Assembly: GCA_000320545.1 (NCBI GenBank)
Contig: ADNK01000512.1
Location: forward strand, 63,635 to 127,634
DNA: 64,000 nt
DNA from: Bigelowiella natans CCMP2755
Lineage: Eukaryota > Protista > Cercozoa
Direction: 5' to 3'
Position numbers and translations under genes: made by a program. This document shows positions 18,280 to 31,513 of this stretch, in pieces. The notes under the pieces were generated by a model. It saw only the letters and a program-made list of their open reading frames with translations, did not search any database and was not told where the DNA came from. Position 1 is the first letter of the stretch; each line of letters begins with the position of its first letter.

Positions 18280-19518
18280 TTAACACAAGTACAGCATCGA
18301 CTTGGAACCTTTCTGTTGTAGCATTGCTTGCATTGGCGGCCACCTTTGCTCTGTCGTCTTGGGTGCATCATATATCCTGCCTGTTATGATTGTGAAAGGA
18401 AAGGAAGCACTCAAATAGGAGATCATCATCATTGCAACTACCACCGCTGTCACTGCTGTTGCCCACTCTTCTTACTTAATGAATCCAGGTAGTAGAATGT
18501 TTCAGTAATACCCGCTTGCAGTGAAAGTGGAGCTCATTGTGAGGTGAGTGGAATATGTCTTCCTCGTGTGACAGTTCATCCCATTCCTCCCTGGTTACGT
18601 ATCCTTGAACGCGGTCGCCTTCACGGAGCCGCGCCCGCCAATTTGCTGCATGAGTAAAATCACAGCTTATGTATCATGGAGAGGGAAGTGACAGAAAAAG
18701 GAAAAAAAAGTTGGATTGAGCATCATAGGTTTTGTCTGGCCAGATGACAAAATATGAATGATACATGGCAGTAGTAAATGACAATCTCCGTTACCGAATG
18801 AGCGTTTTTTTTCCTTCTGGTAATCGTTGTACTCTTTTTCGAGGAGAACTTGGTTCAATACAGGCCGACTTTCCCGCCCAGCCAGCAGATTTTTCTGATT
18901 TTCGCCATCCTCGCTGTCGTCTTCGTCATCGTCTCCATCGCTACCTCCACCACCCTCGTCGCCGTCGTCCACCTTCTCGTCGTCATCATCATTCTCGTCA
19001 TCGTCGTCCTCCTCCTTCGCATTATCATCTCCGATTTCACCCTTGTTAACTTTCTCCACCTTCTTTGCCACGTCATCGTCATCGTCATCATCGTCGTCGT
19101 CCTTTTTCTTCCCGGCTTGGTACTTTGTCGCGATGCGATAGAAGAAACCAGCCTCGTCCGTAGTTAGGGAGGCGCCGAATTTCTCCGAAGAATCGACGGC
19201 ACTATGTTCCTTTGAGTAATGCCATCATTCAAGTCAATGAAAGAAAGACAATGATAACAAAACGTCGGTTATACAGGTTTGCATTAGCGTGCAAAGTTCT
19301 ATGCTATTTCTACTGCTGCTGCTCTTACCGGCCATCCTGATTCTTCATCGGAGTCCTCTGAATCACCCCCTCCCCCTTTTCCTCCTTCTTCTTCATCCTC
19401 ATCCTCCTCGTCCTCATCCTCATCTTCGTCCTCGGTCGGCGGGTTATATAACCCCAGCATCTTCCTTGTTGAGAGCTTTTGCAGATTTACAGGTTCCTTC
19501 GCCTTAATCTGAGGATAC

Positions 19519-19554
<36 letters not shown>

Positions 19555-21177
19555 AATTTTGGTCATCAATCAATATCATCATCATCATCATCATCTGCTG
19601 CTTCTTGTTCAGGTCTCGGGATGGGTCTTCAAGTAATGGATATATTTTGTGTGTAGGATCTCTCTAGAGTTTCGCCTCTGATCTCAAAATGCGACAGTTT
19701 TCAGGGCATATGTTACACACCGGTCTTCCGTCACTTCCTTCGTCTTCATCGTCTTCATCCTCGTCGTCCTCTGCAGATTCACCTATTGTAAGTGCATTGA
19801 CGATGCAAGCGTGTAATGTACGGAAAGAAAGGGGATAAATGAGAGCAACTCAATAATGAATCCAAAATAATATCCACAGCTAATTTCGCACCTGTCTTAT
19901 CCTCATCGTCGTCGTCATCTTCGTCGGTGACTCTAAGTTTCTTTATTTTGTCGGCTACATCGTCTTCGTCTTCATCGTCATCATCCTTATCGTCATCCTC
20001 GTCCTCATCCTGTCCACTTTCGGCTGTTCCACTTTTCTCCTTTTTCTTTTTCTTCTTCTTCCTCTTCACCGCTTTGCCTTCCCGTTCGTCCAAGAAACGC
20101 TGGACTTCCTCAAGCTGATATGGAAATGCTTCCATCAGAACATTTAACGATACCAAAGTAACAGGAAAGGAGGAAAAAAGGGGAAGCATAGAGGGTAGAG
20201 ATTGTTTTGTGAATTAAATAGAACACTTACGAAGCTTTCGCTCATATCTCCATACCTAAGAAAAATAACAATTCGATTAGGGAAAAATGACGGACGAAGC
20301 TTCAGTTGGTCAAATTGTCAACATCAAAGAAAGGGGGAAAGACTTAAGTGTTTTCTACAGATAAATGCAACGACTGTGGGCAAAAGAATCAAGAGTAGTT
20401 GTAGCGTAGCGGCAGCGGATGTGGCGGTGGCGTTTACATTTCTTCATTCTCTTTCTCCCGCGCATCCGAACTCACTTCTGTGAACTCGTCTTCGTCTGTT
20501 GTGTCGGAAGGAAATGCTAGACCCGAGGTGAGTTTCCCTCCCCTCAGTCCATGTAACATGCTTTGAATCGGGGCTGTCCTCGGATCAAGACTAAACAATA
20601 TAGCCAATGAGAGAGGGGTAGGAAACGGGGGAGAGTATCACAAGGGAGTAATCATAATGATATCGTCGTATTTCCATAAACTTGATCATCACTGAAGTCG
20701 ACAAAAAAGATGGGAAAACCTTACCTTGGTCCCTGTAATCCTCTCTGTTGTCCACCTCGCAATATCACAGCAGCTCTGCGAGTAGGCGCATACGATAATG
20801 ATGACGAATGCAATTTTTCTCTCGACGGGGCCGCTTGTTCTATCGATGACGAAAGCGTGGATAGTGCATGGAGTTCCCTCGTTAAGGATGCATTTCCGGT
20901 GGCAGAGTAATTGCATGATAGCACGAACAGTGCAACAATAGTGAAGAGCAACAAGTCCGAACCCAATAAAGTGCAGCTCAGCCCTTTGGAATAGGAAAGG
21001 AGGAAGTGGAGGAGGAGGAGGTTGGATGAGGGATGAGATAGGGCGCGGGATGATCTTTGATGGACGCAAATGCACGCAAATGCACGCACGAACAAAAACA
21101 TACACACGCATACCTCGGGTTCCTCCCTCCCGCCTCCTTCGGCGATGCAGATCGTACAACATCGCTAATGTCCTCAT
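18280..21177 (-). CDS. Acidic (D/E-rich) hypothetical protein with a bipartite signal + transit-like leader containing two LRGG motifs
   Basis: Spliced N-terminus MRTLAMLYDLHRRRRREGGTRGLSCTLLGSDLLLFTIVALFVLSC...VILRGG...HGLRGGKL is followed by several D/E/K-rich exons. The 3' end is ambiguous: stop at about 18477, or at 18280 if a 1-nt indel near 18533 is an error. Confidence 0.6.
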
Positions 21178-21653
21178 AACAACAACATCGCTGATGCGGT
21201 GTAAAGATGAGGCTTTGGTGCGGTTATAATGTCGTTCTTCCCACCCTGGAGCAACCCAAATAGGACGATGGCCTCTCACGCTCTATGGAGTTTTGGGGCG
21301 TATTCTTTGGTCTGGCAGCGGCAGCAGTCCCTCTCCCCTTTTTGTCTCCTCTGTTTATTTCTCTCTCTGTGTTGTTGCTTACACCGGGGGTTCGGCATTA
21401 AAAAATCTATGTCGCAGTGTGAAAAACGGATCGGGCTTTTTCCGAACCGAATAATTATTTTGCGGGGAAACCTGAAACAAATTAAAAAAACGGCCTTTCC
21501 GCCTGGGGCTTCCAATTTGAACGGTTTGAATTTCGGGCATACGAGTAGCTAGCGGAAAAGGGGGAGGCAACAGCGCAACACCACTCGCCCTCCGATCAGC
21601 GTATCATACCATATAGGGAGCAAAGCTGGTCCTCAATTAAGGAGTGGCAGAGA
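21178..21653. promoter_or_regulatory. Probable bidirectional promoter region
   Basis: About 0.48 kb between divergent ATGs, with A/T tracts mixed with CG-containing words and no long SSR. Confidence 0.5.
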
Positions 21654-23693
21654 ATGCGTTGCTACTTCCCAACGGTGTTGATCTACATTCACATTAATAC
21701 AAATGAAGCTACTCAATTGACACTGTAATGGAAAAATCCTAAGCATTTGTTCCTGTGATAATTTAGAGAGGGGGAAGTAATCCAGTGGTGCTATATCTAC
21801 TTTCATTGAGTGTTGTGCTCCTTCTTTCTCCATGTACAGCCGTTCAAGCTCAGCAGGTTAAGATATCATCCTTTAATCATTGCCGTACCAGCGTTCTCGT
21901 CGTAACAGCTACTAATGATTGTTGCAGAAAAACTATTACAAAGACGAAACGTCGGTGCCGGAAAAGAATTTACAACAGCAATATCCAAGAAGAGGCCATG
22001 ATTCTGAGGCTTTATACGACGAAGACCGACCTGAGGCAGCCGCGCCAAGGGAATACTACCACGAAGACGACGATCAGTACAACGACGAGCACGGAAATGA
22101 TGTTGGAGCCGAGGTGCGTTTCCGAGAAACATACGAAGGCAGCGAGGAACTAGGGCAGATGGATGACATGGATCCCGTCGACGAGGGATATTACAACACC
22201 GGCAGAAGGGCTCAGGGGGGGGGGACTGGCCCATACACGCAGAACAGGCTTGAAAGTGCACCTTCCGAAGAGGAGGAGGAGGAGGAGGACCTCCTTCCTA
22301 ATGAACCGCGAGACCCAAGAATGGAGCGATATGATAAGAAAAATAGTCGATTCCATCGTGGCAGATCACAGTACACACGTTATGGGGCAGTTTTTCAGCC
22401 GCGGCTCCCGTCGGAGAGGAAAATGAATCAGGAGTCTCGCAACCTGTACCACGAGGGAATGGCAGCGGGTTTGGCATCCTGGGTCCCTCCATCACAAGGT
22501 AGTGGATCATGATTTAACTTACTAACAATGTATAATGTAAGAACCACACTACCAAAACCACCGATGATTGATAATTTTGGTGACGAAAATTACAAAATAC
22601 TCAATTAAACCTGCACTGTTGTCTCTGCGTTCTAAAAGCCACGACAAATTTCCTCTACGACACGCTACCTGAGCTTGCTCGAGAGAGGCAGATGGCGGCA
22701 CTCAGTGGCGTCAGCCGTGCACCCGAACATCATTCAACAGCCTACGAACAGGTCCCACAGCAGCAGCAGCAGCAACAACAACAAAGGCCACCGACTAGTA
22801 GGAGCAGCAGGAACTATCAAAGAGATGGAAACTTTCAGGCGACAACAGAGACAGCGGCAGCAGGACCCCCGCCACCACCCCTTTCACAACAGCAGCGTGA
22901 ACCAAGACAGATTGCATACAATAATGCACAACTGCGGCAGCAACTACCACCACCACCACCACAATTAGTATCCCAGCAGCAAAAAGAGCTTTCAAGTAGC
23001 AGCGGTGCCTTGCCTCCTATTTCAGAAGGAGCGAATAATCCCGCAACAGAAGCAGCAGAAGAACTACAAATGCGGCAAAAAGATATCGTCCAAGGAGGAG
23101 ACGCAAGCTCATACGAAACCAATACTGGTGCTACAAATGATGGCGAAGGCGAAGCGACAATGAAGACGCAACGCACCCCCCCAACACCCCCATCGTCATC
23201 TTTCAACGCCAATCAAAACATGAGCATGATGACTAGGAAGAGCAATATTACCGCTATTAAATCAACGAAATCAGCGGTAGAGCGGCAGCCCCAGCATCGA
23301 AGAGAAGGAGGGGGTGCGGGGGGAGGGGGAGTGAGTGGAGGACACCAGCAGCTCCACAAAGCGGTTGTGCTTCCCATCCCTCATCCAGCGATCACGGAAG
23401 AAGACAACACAGGCATCCTTCGCAATTCTGGTGATATCAACATCAACAAGATCCTGGACGATGATGATTCCGAATCGTTCACGATGAGGTTCCGCGAAAA
23501 GGCGGAGACCCCGCTCCCAATGACGCGCACGCACGCAAGACATGCGGCAGCAGAGGGAGAATCTGCCGTAGGTGCTTCTGGGTCTAGCAGCAGCAAACTA
23601 AAAGCACACAGCAAAGAGGAGGCCCAAGCAATGCATGGAGGGGGGCAGGCTATGTCTGCAGGAGCAGGTGGCTAACTTATTGCCGAAGAAAGG

Positions 23694-23736
<43 letters not shown>

Positions 23737-24534
23737 GGCAAATCGAAGCACAGGAGGAGGCGAGAGGAAAGTCGAGAGACCAAAATGGGTGAAGGAAGCA
23801 CAATGGATGAGAAGGAACATTGGAAGGAGAAAAACAGTTGCCAGATTATCATTTCCCCCCCAATTACATCGTTACATTTGTGCATAGACGCCTCACGTAA
23901 ACGAAAAAGAGAAGAGAGATCCTTTCTTCATATATTACATATTTCTCCTACTTAAAATAGCAAGGGATGTTCCTTCTTTAACAAACTCCTCCATCTCGTC
24001 CTTCCTTTCTTTTTTATTTGCTTGTTGTTGCAGGCCTTTTGAACTCCGTGCTCAACGTGCTGACCTCCAACAAGCGAAAGAGCTTAGAGACGTCAGCAAT
24101 GGTTGTGATTTCTCATAGAGCAGCAGCAGCAGCAGCAGCGCCAGCTGCCTCTTTGCTCATGTTCCAGTTTGTATATTTCGGGTGGTGAATGTATCATATG
24201 AGTAGTCAGTAGTTGCATCGACAGAGGTTTTGGAAAGTAGTGATGATATGATTATGGCTACAATAAGCGTGCTTTGTATCATAAATCTAGTTGAATATAT
24301 GCACACACTCTACCGTCATGTAAAATCAGCGACAACCTCTCTTACACTTCATTTTCCTGTTCCCTCGGTCTTTTCCTCTTTCTACATATCCCTCTCTCCC
24401 TCTCCCCTCCCCCCCCCCTCTCTCTTTTGCATTCGTGTTTCTCTGCTACCGCCTGTTGGTTGTCCCAGGTGGAGCGCCATGAAAGGGAGGCACTACGGAA
24501 ACAGCAGGAGTTGGACAGAGAAAAGGCATGTGTT

Positions 24535-24573
<39 letters not shown>

Positions 24574-25443
24574 AAAAGGCAGACAGAGAGAGAGAGAGAG
24601 AGAGATAGAGAGAGGGGGGGGGGGGGGGAGAGAGAGAACGGTAAGGGTGAGAACAGACGGTAATTTTTGAGAAGATGTACCTCGTCGGCGACAGATGCTT
24701 CCTGGTCCTCCTTTCAATGATCATCTCAAAATTTCGGTGGAAATTATCCTTGTGATTGTGCTAACTACTTCTACTACTACCACTACTACAACAGTCAAGT
24801 CTTGAAGAGAGCGAAAAGGTGTCACGCCGCCTGGAAATCTGTTTAGGTATTAAAGCTATTCTCGCTGTAGCTACGTAAATTATGACGACAGTCATCATGA
24901 TGATGGTGGTGGTGGTGGTGGTGGTGATAATGATTATGATGATAGTTATTGTAATTATTGTTGTTACTACGGAATACAGTCGCGGCGCAAAAGAATGGCA
25001 GCTTCGGGGTCGAGAAGGCGCGTGAGATGGTGTCAGAACAGGTTATTAACATGAGTGAGAAATGCGGCGATTGTGGTATATTTTCACGATTAAAACGCGC
25101 ATATTCCTATTGTGCACATACAGCTGCGGCTTGAATCGTGGGAGGAACGGTTGAAGAAGAGGTCTTTACACTTACATACGAAAAGAAGAAGAAGAAGATG
25201 TATTTTTATCAACGAACGACGAAAGCAAGGGCATCTTCACAACGATCCTCCATTACCTCTATGCTAGACCGAGATTTTCCGGAATATAATAGTGTTAACA
25301 ATATGACCTATTGACGTCTCGTTCAATCCGAGAAATGATTTGCCGCTGAAATTCCTATTTCGTTCTGTTGCCATTCATGCAGGGATGCTGAAGGAAAAGC
25401 GAAGCAAGCGAAGCTAGGTTTTTTTGCGTATTTACGATGTGTA

Positions 25444-25502
<59 letters not shown>

Positions 25503-26642
25503 GTTAATACATTGGATGAGACAAATCGTCGCAATGGACATTACCCTCCTTTTCGCCGTTTCCTATTCGGAATCTCTACGCAGTAGAATTATGAATCATT
25601 ACTATTGTGGATATCTTTGCTATCATCGAAGACGTTGTATGGTGTGGTCCTCCTTTCCTCGTTTTTACCCCTTTGATCGTCTTCTTTTACCAGTTCATTA
25701 AATTTACTACTACTTCTACTACTGCTGCTGCTGCCGCTGCTACAGAGCTCCGAAATCAAACGCTCGATAAAAGGAACGAAGATCTTGAGGTCCATGTTAA
25801 TAACGATCTGTCAGCTGCTACTATTAGTACTGCTCGCTTTGCCTTCTTGCTTTCCCTCTTCTCCTCCTCCTGACTAAGATGCGTGATTTATCTTCAATGG
25901 TTTCGAATCTACCGCAACAGAGCAGCAGCAACAAACACTGCTACTACTACTACAACTAATAATAATGATTATGACAATACGGCAGGAGCTGAAGAATTCA
26001 TTCGTGACGAAAGAGAATTCCTACAAGCAGAAGATTGCAGAGCTCTCTGCAAAAGCGGGCAGTCTGAAACAGCACCTGGACCAGGTGATTGACGATTGTG
26101 ATTTCGCTCTCCTACACCACCACAACCATCATCATTGCATCTTCCTCATCATGCTCAGGCCACAGCCCACGTCGCTGTTTTGCGAGAGCAAGTTCGTAGT
26201 CATCAAGATAGCGCGATCTTACAGCAGCAGCAACAACAAATGGAGAGGGACGATGACGACGACGATATCAACACCAAGAAAACCTCCTTGGCGCATGCTG
26301 AAAGGGAGGCGGAGGGGGATTCAGAGGGGGCAGACGATGGTACTATTGGTGACATTGCAGCAATGTATTTTGAAAATTGTGGTAGTAATAACTGTGTGTT
26401 TGAAGGTGATGATAATGAGGACGAAGCACAAGCCACGTCCACGAGTATGGCTTCTCTGCCGACAACGCCGCCAACAAACCCTAGATTTGCATACGCTTCT
26501 TCTTCTTCTTCTTCTTCTTCTTCTTCTCTCTCTTCATCGTTGCACTACTCCTCTTCGATCTCTTCCAGACTCAGAGCGCGGTGTGCCATGCATCAGGTGC
26601 TGCGTGCAGTGTATATTATGCATATCTGTGTGTATATGCGAT

Positions 26643-26675
<33 letters not shown>

Positions 26676-26833
26676 ATCACAACCTATTACATACACCCGC
26701 AACAACCGCATGCAAACATACAATCCATTCTCCGCCATACCAGGATTGTGGAGACTGCGCAGCAGATATTGAGTGCGGATGGTGTGGCGCCTCGCAGGTA
26801 CAGGCTTGATCTCCCTCCCCCCATCACCCCCCC

Positions 26834-26877
<44 letters not shown>

Positions 26878-27503
26878 TTCTCTTTCTTTCTCGTGCAGAC
26901 ATTTTGTATGTGACATGTTCGTTGCCTAATGTGCATTTTGTACGAACAAAGCTCCACCTCAACCAATATCGTCATATGCATCATCTCCACAGTCCTGCAT
27001 GGCCGGCAACGTACATCTCGATGGGGGGGGGAAATGCGATGCGACTACGTGGAATTACCTCTCTTGTCCTGGCTACAAATGCCAGCAATACAGGTGCGCA
27101 TCGCATGCATGTGGTACACTCTCATTATCGTCTCCACCACTTCTTAACAATTTCGCTGCCTGCTCGTCTCCCCACCCCCCAGGGACTGCAAAACCTGCGT
27201 GTCAGACCCGAAGTGTGGCGTGTGCAAGGCCTCGAGCGACTTCCGATGTGTGGCGCTTGGGGGAGGGAACAGTAACAACAATGGTGGAGTTGAGCAAGCA
27301 AGGTTTCTTTCATCTTCCTCCTCCTACACTGATGATGAGGAGGGGGGCAGAGACTGGTGTCCAGCTGGCAACCTGCTGAGAGCTACTCCAGACGCATTCA
27401 AGTAAGACTAATGAGCAGGGGTTGCATGCCGCGGCTTTCTATGACGTAGTAGTAGTAGTAGTAAACAGTTATAACAGTGCCGGCGCACCGCAAATGCACA
27501 CGT

Positions 27504-27543
<40 letters not shown>

Positions 27544-27688
27544 TTTTACTTCCCATCTTCTCCCGATAGGATAATGTCCTACAACGTGTTCGGGCGCGAC
27601 CGCTACCAAGAACGCGAGCGGTTGCACAGAATCGTCACCGAAATCGCTGATAAGTCGCCGCACTTCATCACGCTGCAGGTAGTAGTCA

Positions 27689-27720
<32 letters not shown>

Positions 27721-28065
27721 ACCAGCTTGATGTAGATTTCACGTTAGGGTAGTGTAATTCTATTAACATCAATAGTCGAAGTTTCTCGTAATTTTTGTGC
27801 TGCCTCCCCTCCCTTTCTCCTCCTCCTCCTCCTCACCCCCTAGGACGCTCACGCTTGGGTTGCAGAGGGCATCAAAAACAGCAATGTGGGGCAATATTAC
27901 CAGTACTCTGGTTTTGGAGAGAACGGCAATGAGGTAGTAATAGTGGTGATGGTAGCAGCAGCAGTAGAAAAACAATCAGTTAAAACAGAAAATTAAGATA
28001 AAGCAGTGCTCTGATGTTTCACTCATCATTACCGACGCTTGCGTACTAACAAAGCAACAAATTTC

Positions 28066-28108
<43 letters not shown>

Positions 28109-30414
28109 CTCGTTCAGAGCCCAGCTGGTCTCATGATTCTGTCCAAATTCCCGCTGAAAAAGGTACGGTTGTTACCGCAGCATTTCCCCTTCTTTTCTTC
28201 CTGACCATCATAATTACTGCCGCATCGATACACCACCCTCCCTCACGCACTTCTACCTGGCTACTACTTGGTCGCTTGATAAACAGACTGCATACTACGA
28301 GGAGCGCAAGCCAGGACAGTTCTCCTCAGATCAACGAGCGAAGGCAATGATGATACTAATGACGATTACAGTGCATGTGACAGTGAAGGCTTAGTTATCA
28401 TCGCCCTCGTGCGTAGAAAAAAGTATACGTCGACTGACTTCTTCACCATCATTATCATCGTCATCATCGCTGCCATTGATAGCAAATTGATCTTCGCCCT
28501 CCCTTCCTTCTCCGCTGATGCTCGTTGTTAGGTGCTGATAGCTGTGCCGGACCTTCAGCCACAGGGCACTGATGTATGTAATAGTAATAGTAGTAGTAGT
28601 AGTTGCTGTTGATACACTGACGCATACGAAATGGTGACAATACTAGTCTTAGTATAGAACATTAATCACATTGGAAGTGTAAAGATAGGGAGAAGAGAAA
28701 AGGAGGTGGGTGAGGTGAAATGCAATAACCAATAGAGATGAACTCCAAGTACACGCCATTCCCACCGACAGAGATGTCAATTTAACACGTGTATGATTAT
28801 TATTTGTAATATTATCAGTCGCTGGTTATCGCAACGACATCAATACCGCCTTCTGGTGAGTATTAAGGAGAATAGGAATCATAAGACGTTTCAGTGGTGG
28901 TGCCAAGCTTGGCGGCTGTACATTATCGTCATCTATTATCATAATTCTCATCATTGTCTATGACTATTCGTCGTTGTTGCCGTAGTCATTCTCACCATCC
29001 TTCTTCGTCCTCGTATACAGCGACTCCGGAGAGCAAAGCCAGCAGCTTGGATTTCATCTTCTCGGTGCTATCGATGTACAAAAAGGTTTTATAATAACAA
29101 TAATAATAGTAATAATGATAATGATAAGAATAGTAAGAATAATAAGAGGGCAACGGAGGGGCAGTTGTTTACAGATCATCTCCTTAAGCTACCACCCAAG
29201 AAATATAGGAGAGAGATTCCTCGATATCTACTATCAAATTTACTACTACTAATAATAATAATGATAACAATAATGAAAATAATGATATTACTACTATCTG
29301 ACAAAACCACTACACTCGCTATACTTATAGAACGTCGTCCTTACTGGTGATTTCAATTTTGACGCTGGTGCAGAGGTAGGAGTAGTAGTACTCCACAATA
29401 CGCGGCATGTAGGGAAAGGGGAGGGGGATGGAGGAAGAGAAAGATAGAGAGAGAGAGAGAGAGGGGGGGGGGGGGGGGGGGGGGAGAGTGAAGGGAACGA
29501 ATAATAGCTGCGACTAAGAGAATTGATCTTACAGCCGGAGTCGACGCACATTCCCGCACAATATGCAGACATATGGTAGTACCGCTGCAAACCACTTAGC
29601 ATTAGTTGTGCTTGTCTCGCTCATCCTCCTCCTCCTTTTCCTCCTCCTCCATGATGATGATGATGATGCCGTTAGCTGATGCTGAGTACGAGCGTACAGA
29701 TGATATTGTATGAACGATAATGCGGTGACGGCCTTTTACTTCATCATCATCATCATCATCATCATCATCTGCTGCTGCTGCTGCTTCTTCATCATCATCA
29801 TCATCATCTTCTTCTTCTTCTTCTCTAGGTCAACCATCCATGTGCAAGATCGAGGAGCAACGTGGGATCCAACCACAAACATGTATGCCATGAAAACGGA
29901 CAGGTCGCTGCCATCATAGATATAATACACTAACGTGTACAAAGCCCGTCTTTATGAAGAAGAAGAGTATGAGATGATGACAGAGACTTGCCGTTTGATT
30001 TCTCTTCACCCCCCTTCCCCGCACCTGCCCTTTCTGAAGTATTATGTACATTTATACCCTTCCTCATCCTCTCTCGTTTTTCTCTAGCCACTCGCTGCCG
30101 TCGCGTGTAGATCGCGTATTCGTTGGGTCAACTCATTGGAAGCCCAGGTCCCCACTCTCTCTACAATGTGTCATTTGACGATGATGATGATGATGATGAT
30201 GATAAATGATGATGACGTTTTTTGTGGGCGCTGAATTCTTGCACATATTAGAGTTTTCTTTGTTGATGTTAGCGGAATAAACAAATACCACTTGCTGTTT
30301 GTTCTCTTCAGATCCATCGAACTAGTTGGGAAATGCGATGACTCTGGAGTGTGTCCATCAAACAGATACGGCATATATACAGAATTAAGCCTTTATCAAG
30401 CGTTCTGCAGTTAG
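21654..30414 (+). CDS. Secreted multidomain protein: signal peptide, disordered region, coiled coil, two PSI-like Cys repeats and a degenerate EEP (TDP2-like) domain
   Basis: Signal VVLYLLSLSVVLLLSPCTAVQAQQ. PSI-like repeats CAMHQDCGDCAADIECGWCGASQSC and CQQYRDCKTCVSDPKCGVC. The splice 27401/27570 gives AFK|IMSYNVF, followed by exons with HFITLQ|D, GLMILSKFP, VVLTGDFN, ADIW, GATWDPTTN, SRVDRVF and CPSNRYGI; stop at 30412-30414. More than 20 exons. Confidence 0.75.
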
Positions 30415-31513
30415 GCTCCCCATAATGAATTTAGAATACCTACAGCATCATCGTCGAGATCGGTGCTTCTGGTTGAAATCAACGTCATTGATTGATGATT
30501 CAATTAATGATTCTTTACTACTCCATGGCGTCGTGCGATAACGAGCATCATCTGCGTTAATATGTGCGAGGAACTTCAAGACAGCAGCAACACACACATA
30601 TGCGAGGCCTTGTACACATGCAAACAGAAACAGTCAGAGTTAGCAAGTTTTGCACACAACACACAGCAATGCCGATGCGATGACGAGCACACCTGCATGC
30701 GCAACTTACATCAGCTCATGCTCATGCATGCATGGTGTAGATGCACGTGCCATGAGCAGTGACTGCCATAGACGTCCGAGTCCAGCAATGGCATGGCTGC
30801 ACAGCTTCACAGGTACGTGTGTGTGTGTGTGTGCCTTCAGTGCAGTGTTGTCTGCAGGTACGTGGCTTGTGACCAATGCAAGCTAGCAAGTGCAAACAGA
30901 TCACACTACGCTGTGCCAAAAAGTCTTCTAATTTCGCCATTGACAGTGGTCACTAGCTTTTGGTTGCAGTGATGGTTCCGCAAATGACGCAGATGACGGA
31001 TGACACGTTCAGCACTTGCAGTCATTCGGTGCGTGCGCGAATTTGATGCTCCAGAATCGCCAAAGCCACAGCTCACATCAGTTCTGTGGTCCACATCAAG
31101 AAAAACTTGAGAATTGGTGGTGCTAGCGGACATGCACAGGAGCCTCCAAAACTGTTGTTCATCATTCCTAGCCTTCAGCACGTACAGCACCTGATGACCC
31201 GCATAGCATGAATTGTGAAGAACCGGAACCAGAAAAGTGCAGCCAGTTTTTCAAAAAAATGCAAAGTTTGGGCGAAACCTGATGGGAAAAACACAGGCTA
31301 TTCCTTTCCTGCGACACGCCGAATGCTGTGCACAATTTCCCCTTTGTCGCAGAAGGAGATTTGCCTGGTTTAGAACCAAATAATATATTTTTATCGATAG
31401 TTAGTGGAGTAATATCTCCCATCGACTGGTTCTCCCAGAAAACAACCGCACACGCGGTGCAGAGCACCTGCACAGCATCACTTCGGGGCCAGTGCGGATT
31501 TCAGGCCAAGAGG

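Noticed and set aside
24526-28345. Possible GC-AG donors at 24526 and 28344
   Set aside because: Nearby GT donors could also keep the frame; cannot be decided without transcripts.
27570-30414. EEP domain as a LINE retrotransposon endonuclease
   Set aside because: It is split by many introns, has no reverse transcriptase downstream, shows TDP2-like motifs and is fused to a secreted host protein.
30904-30922. CACTAC-GCTGTGCCAAAAA, a possible CACTA terminus, with TGTGCCAAAA-like words also near 7880 and 59590
   Set aside because: No matching opposite terminus at a plausible distance, and the matches are too short.
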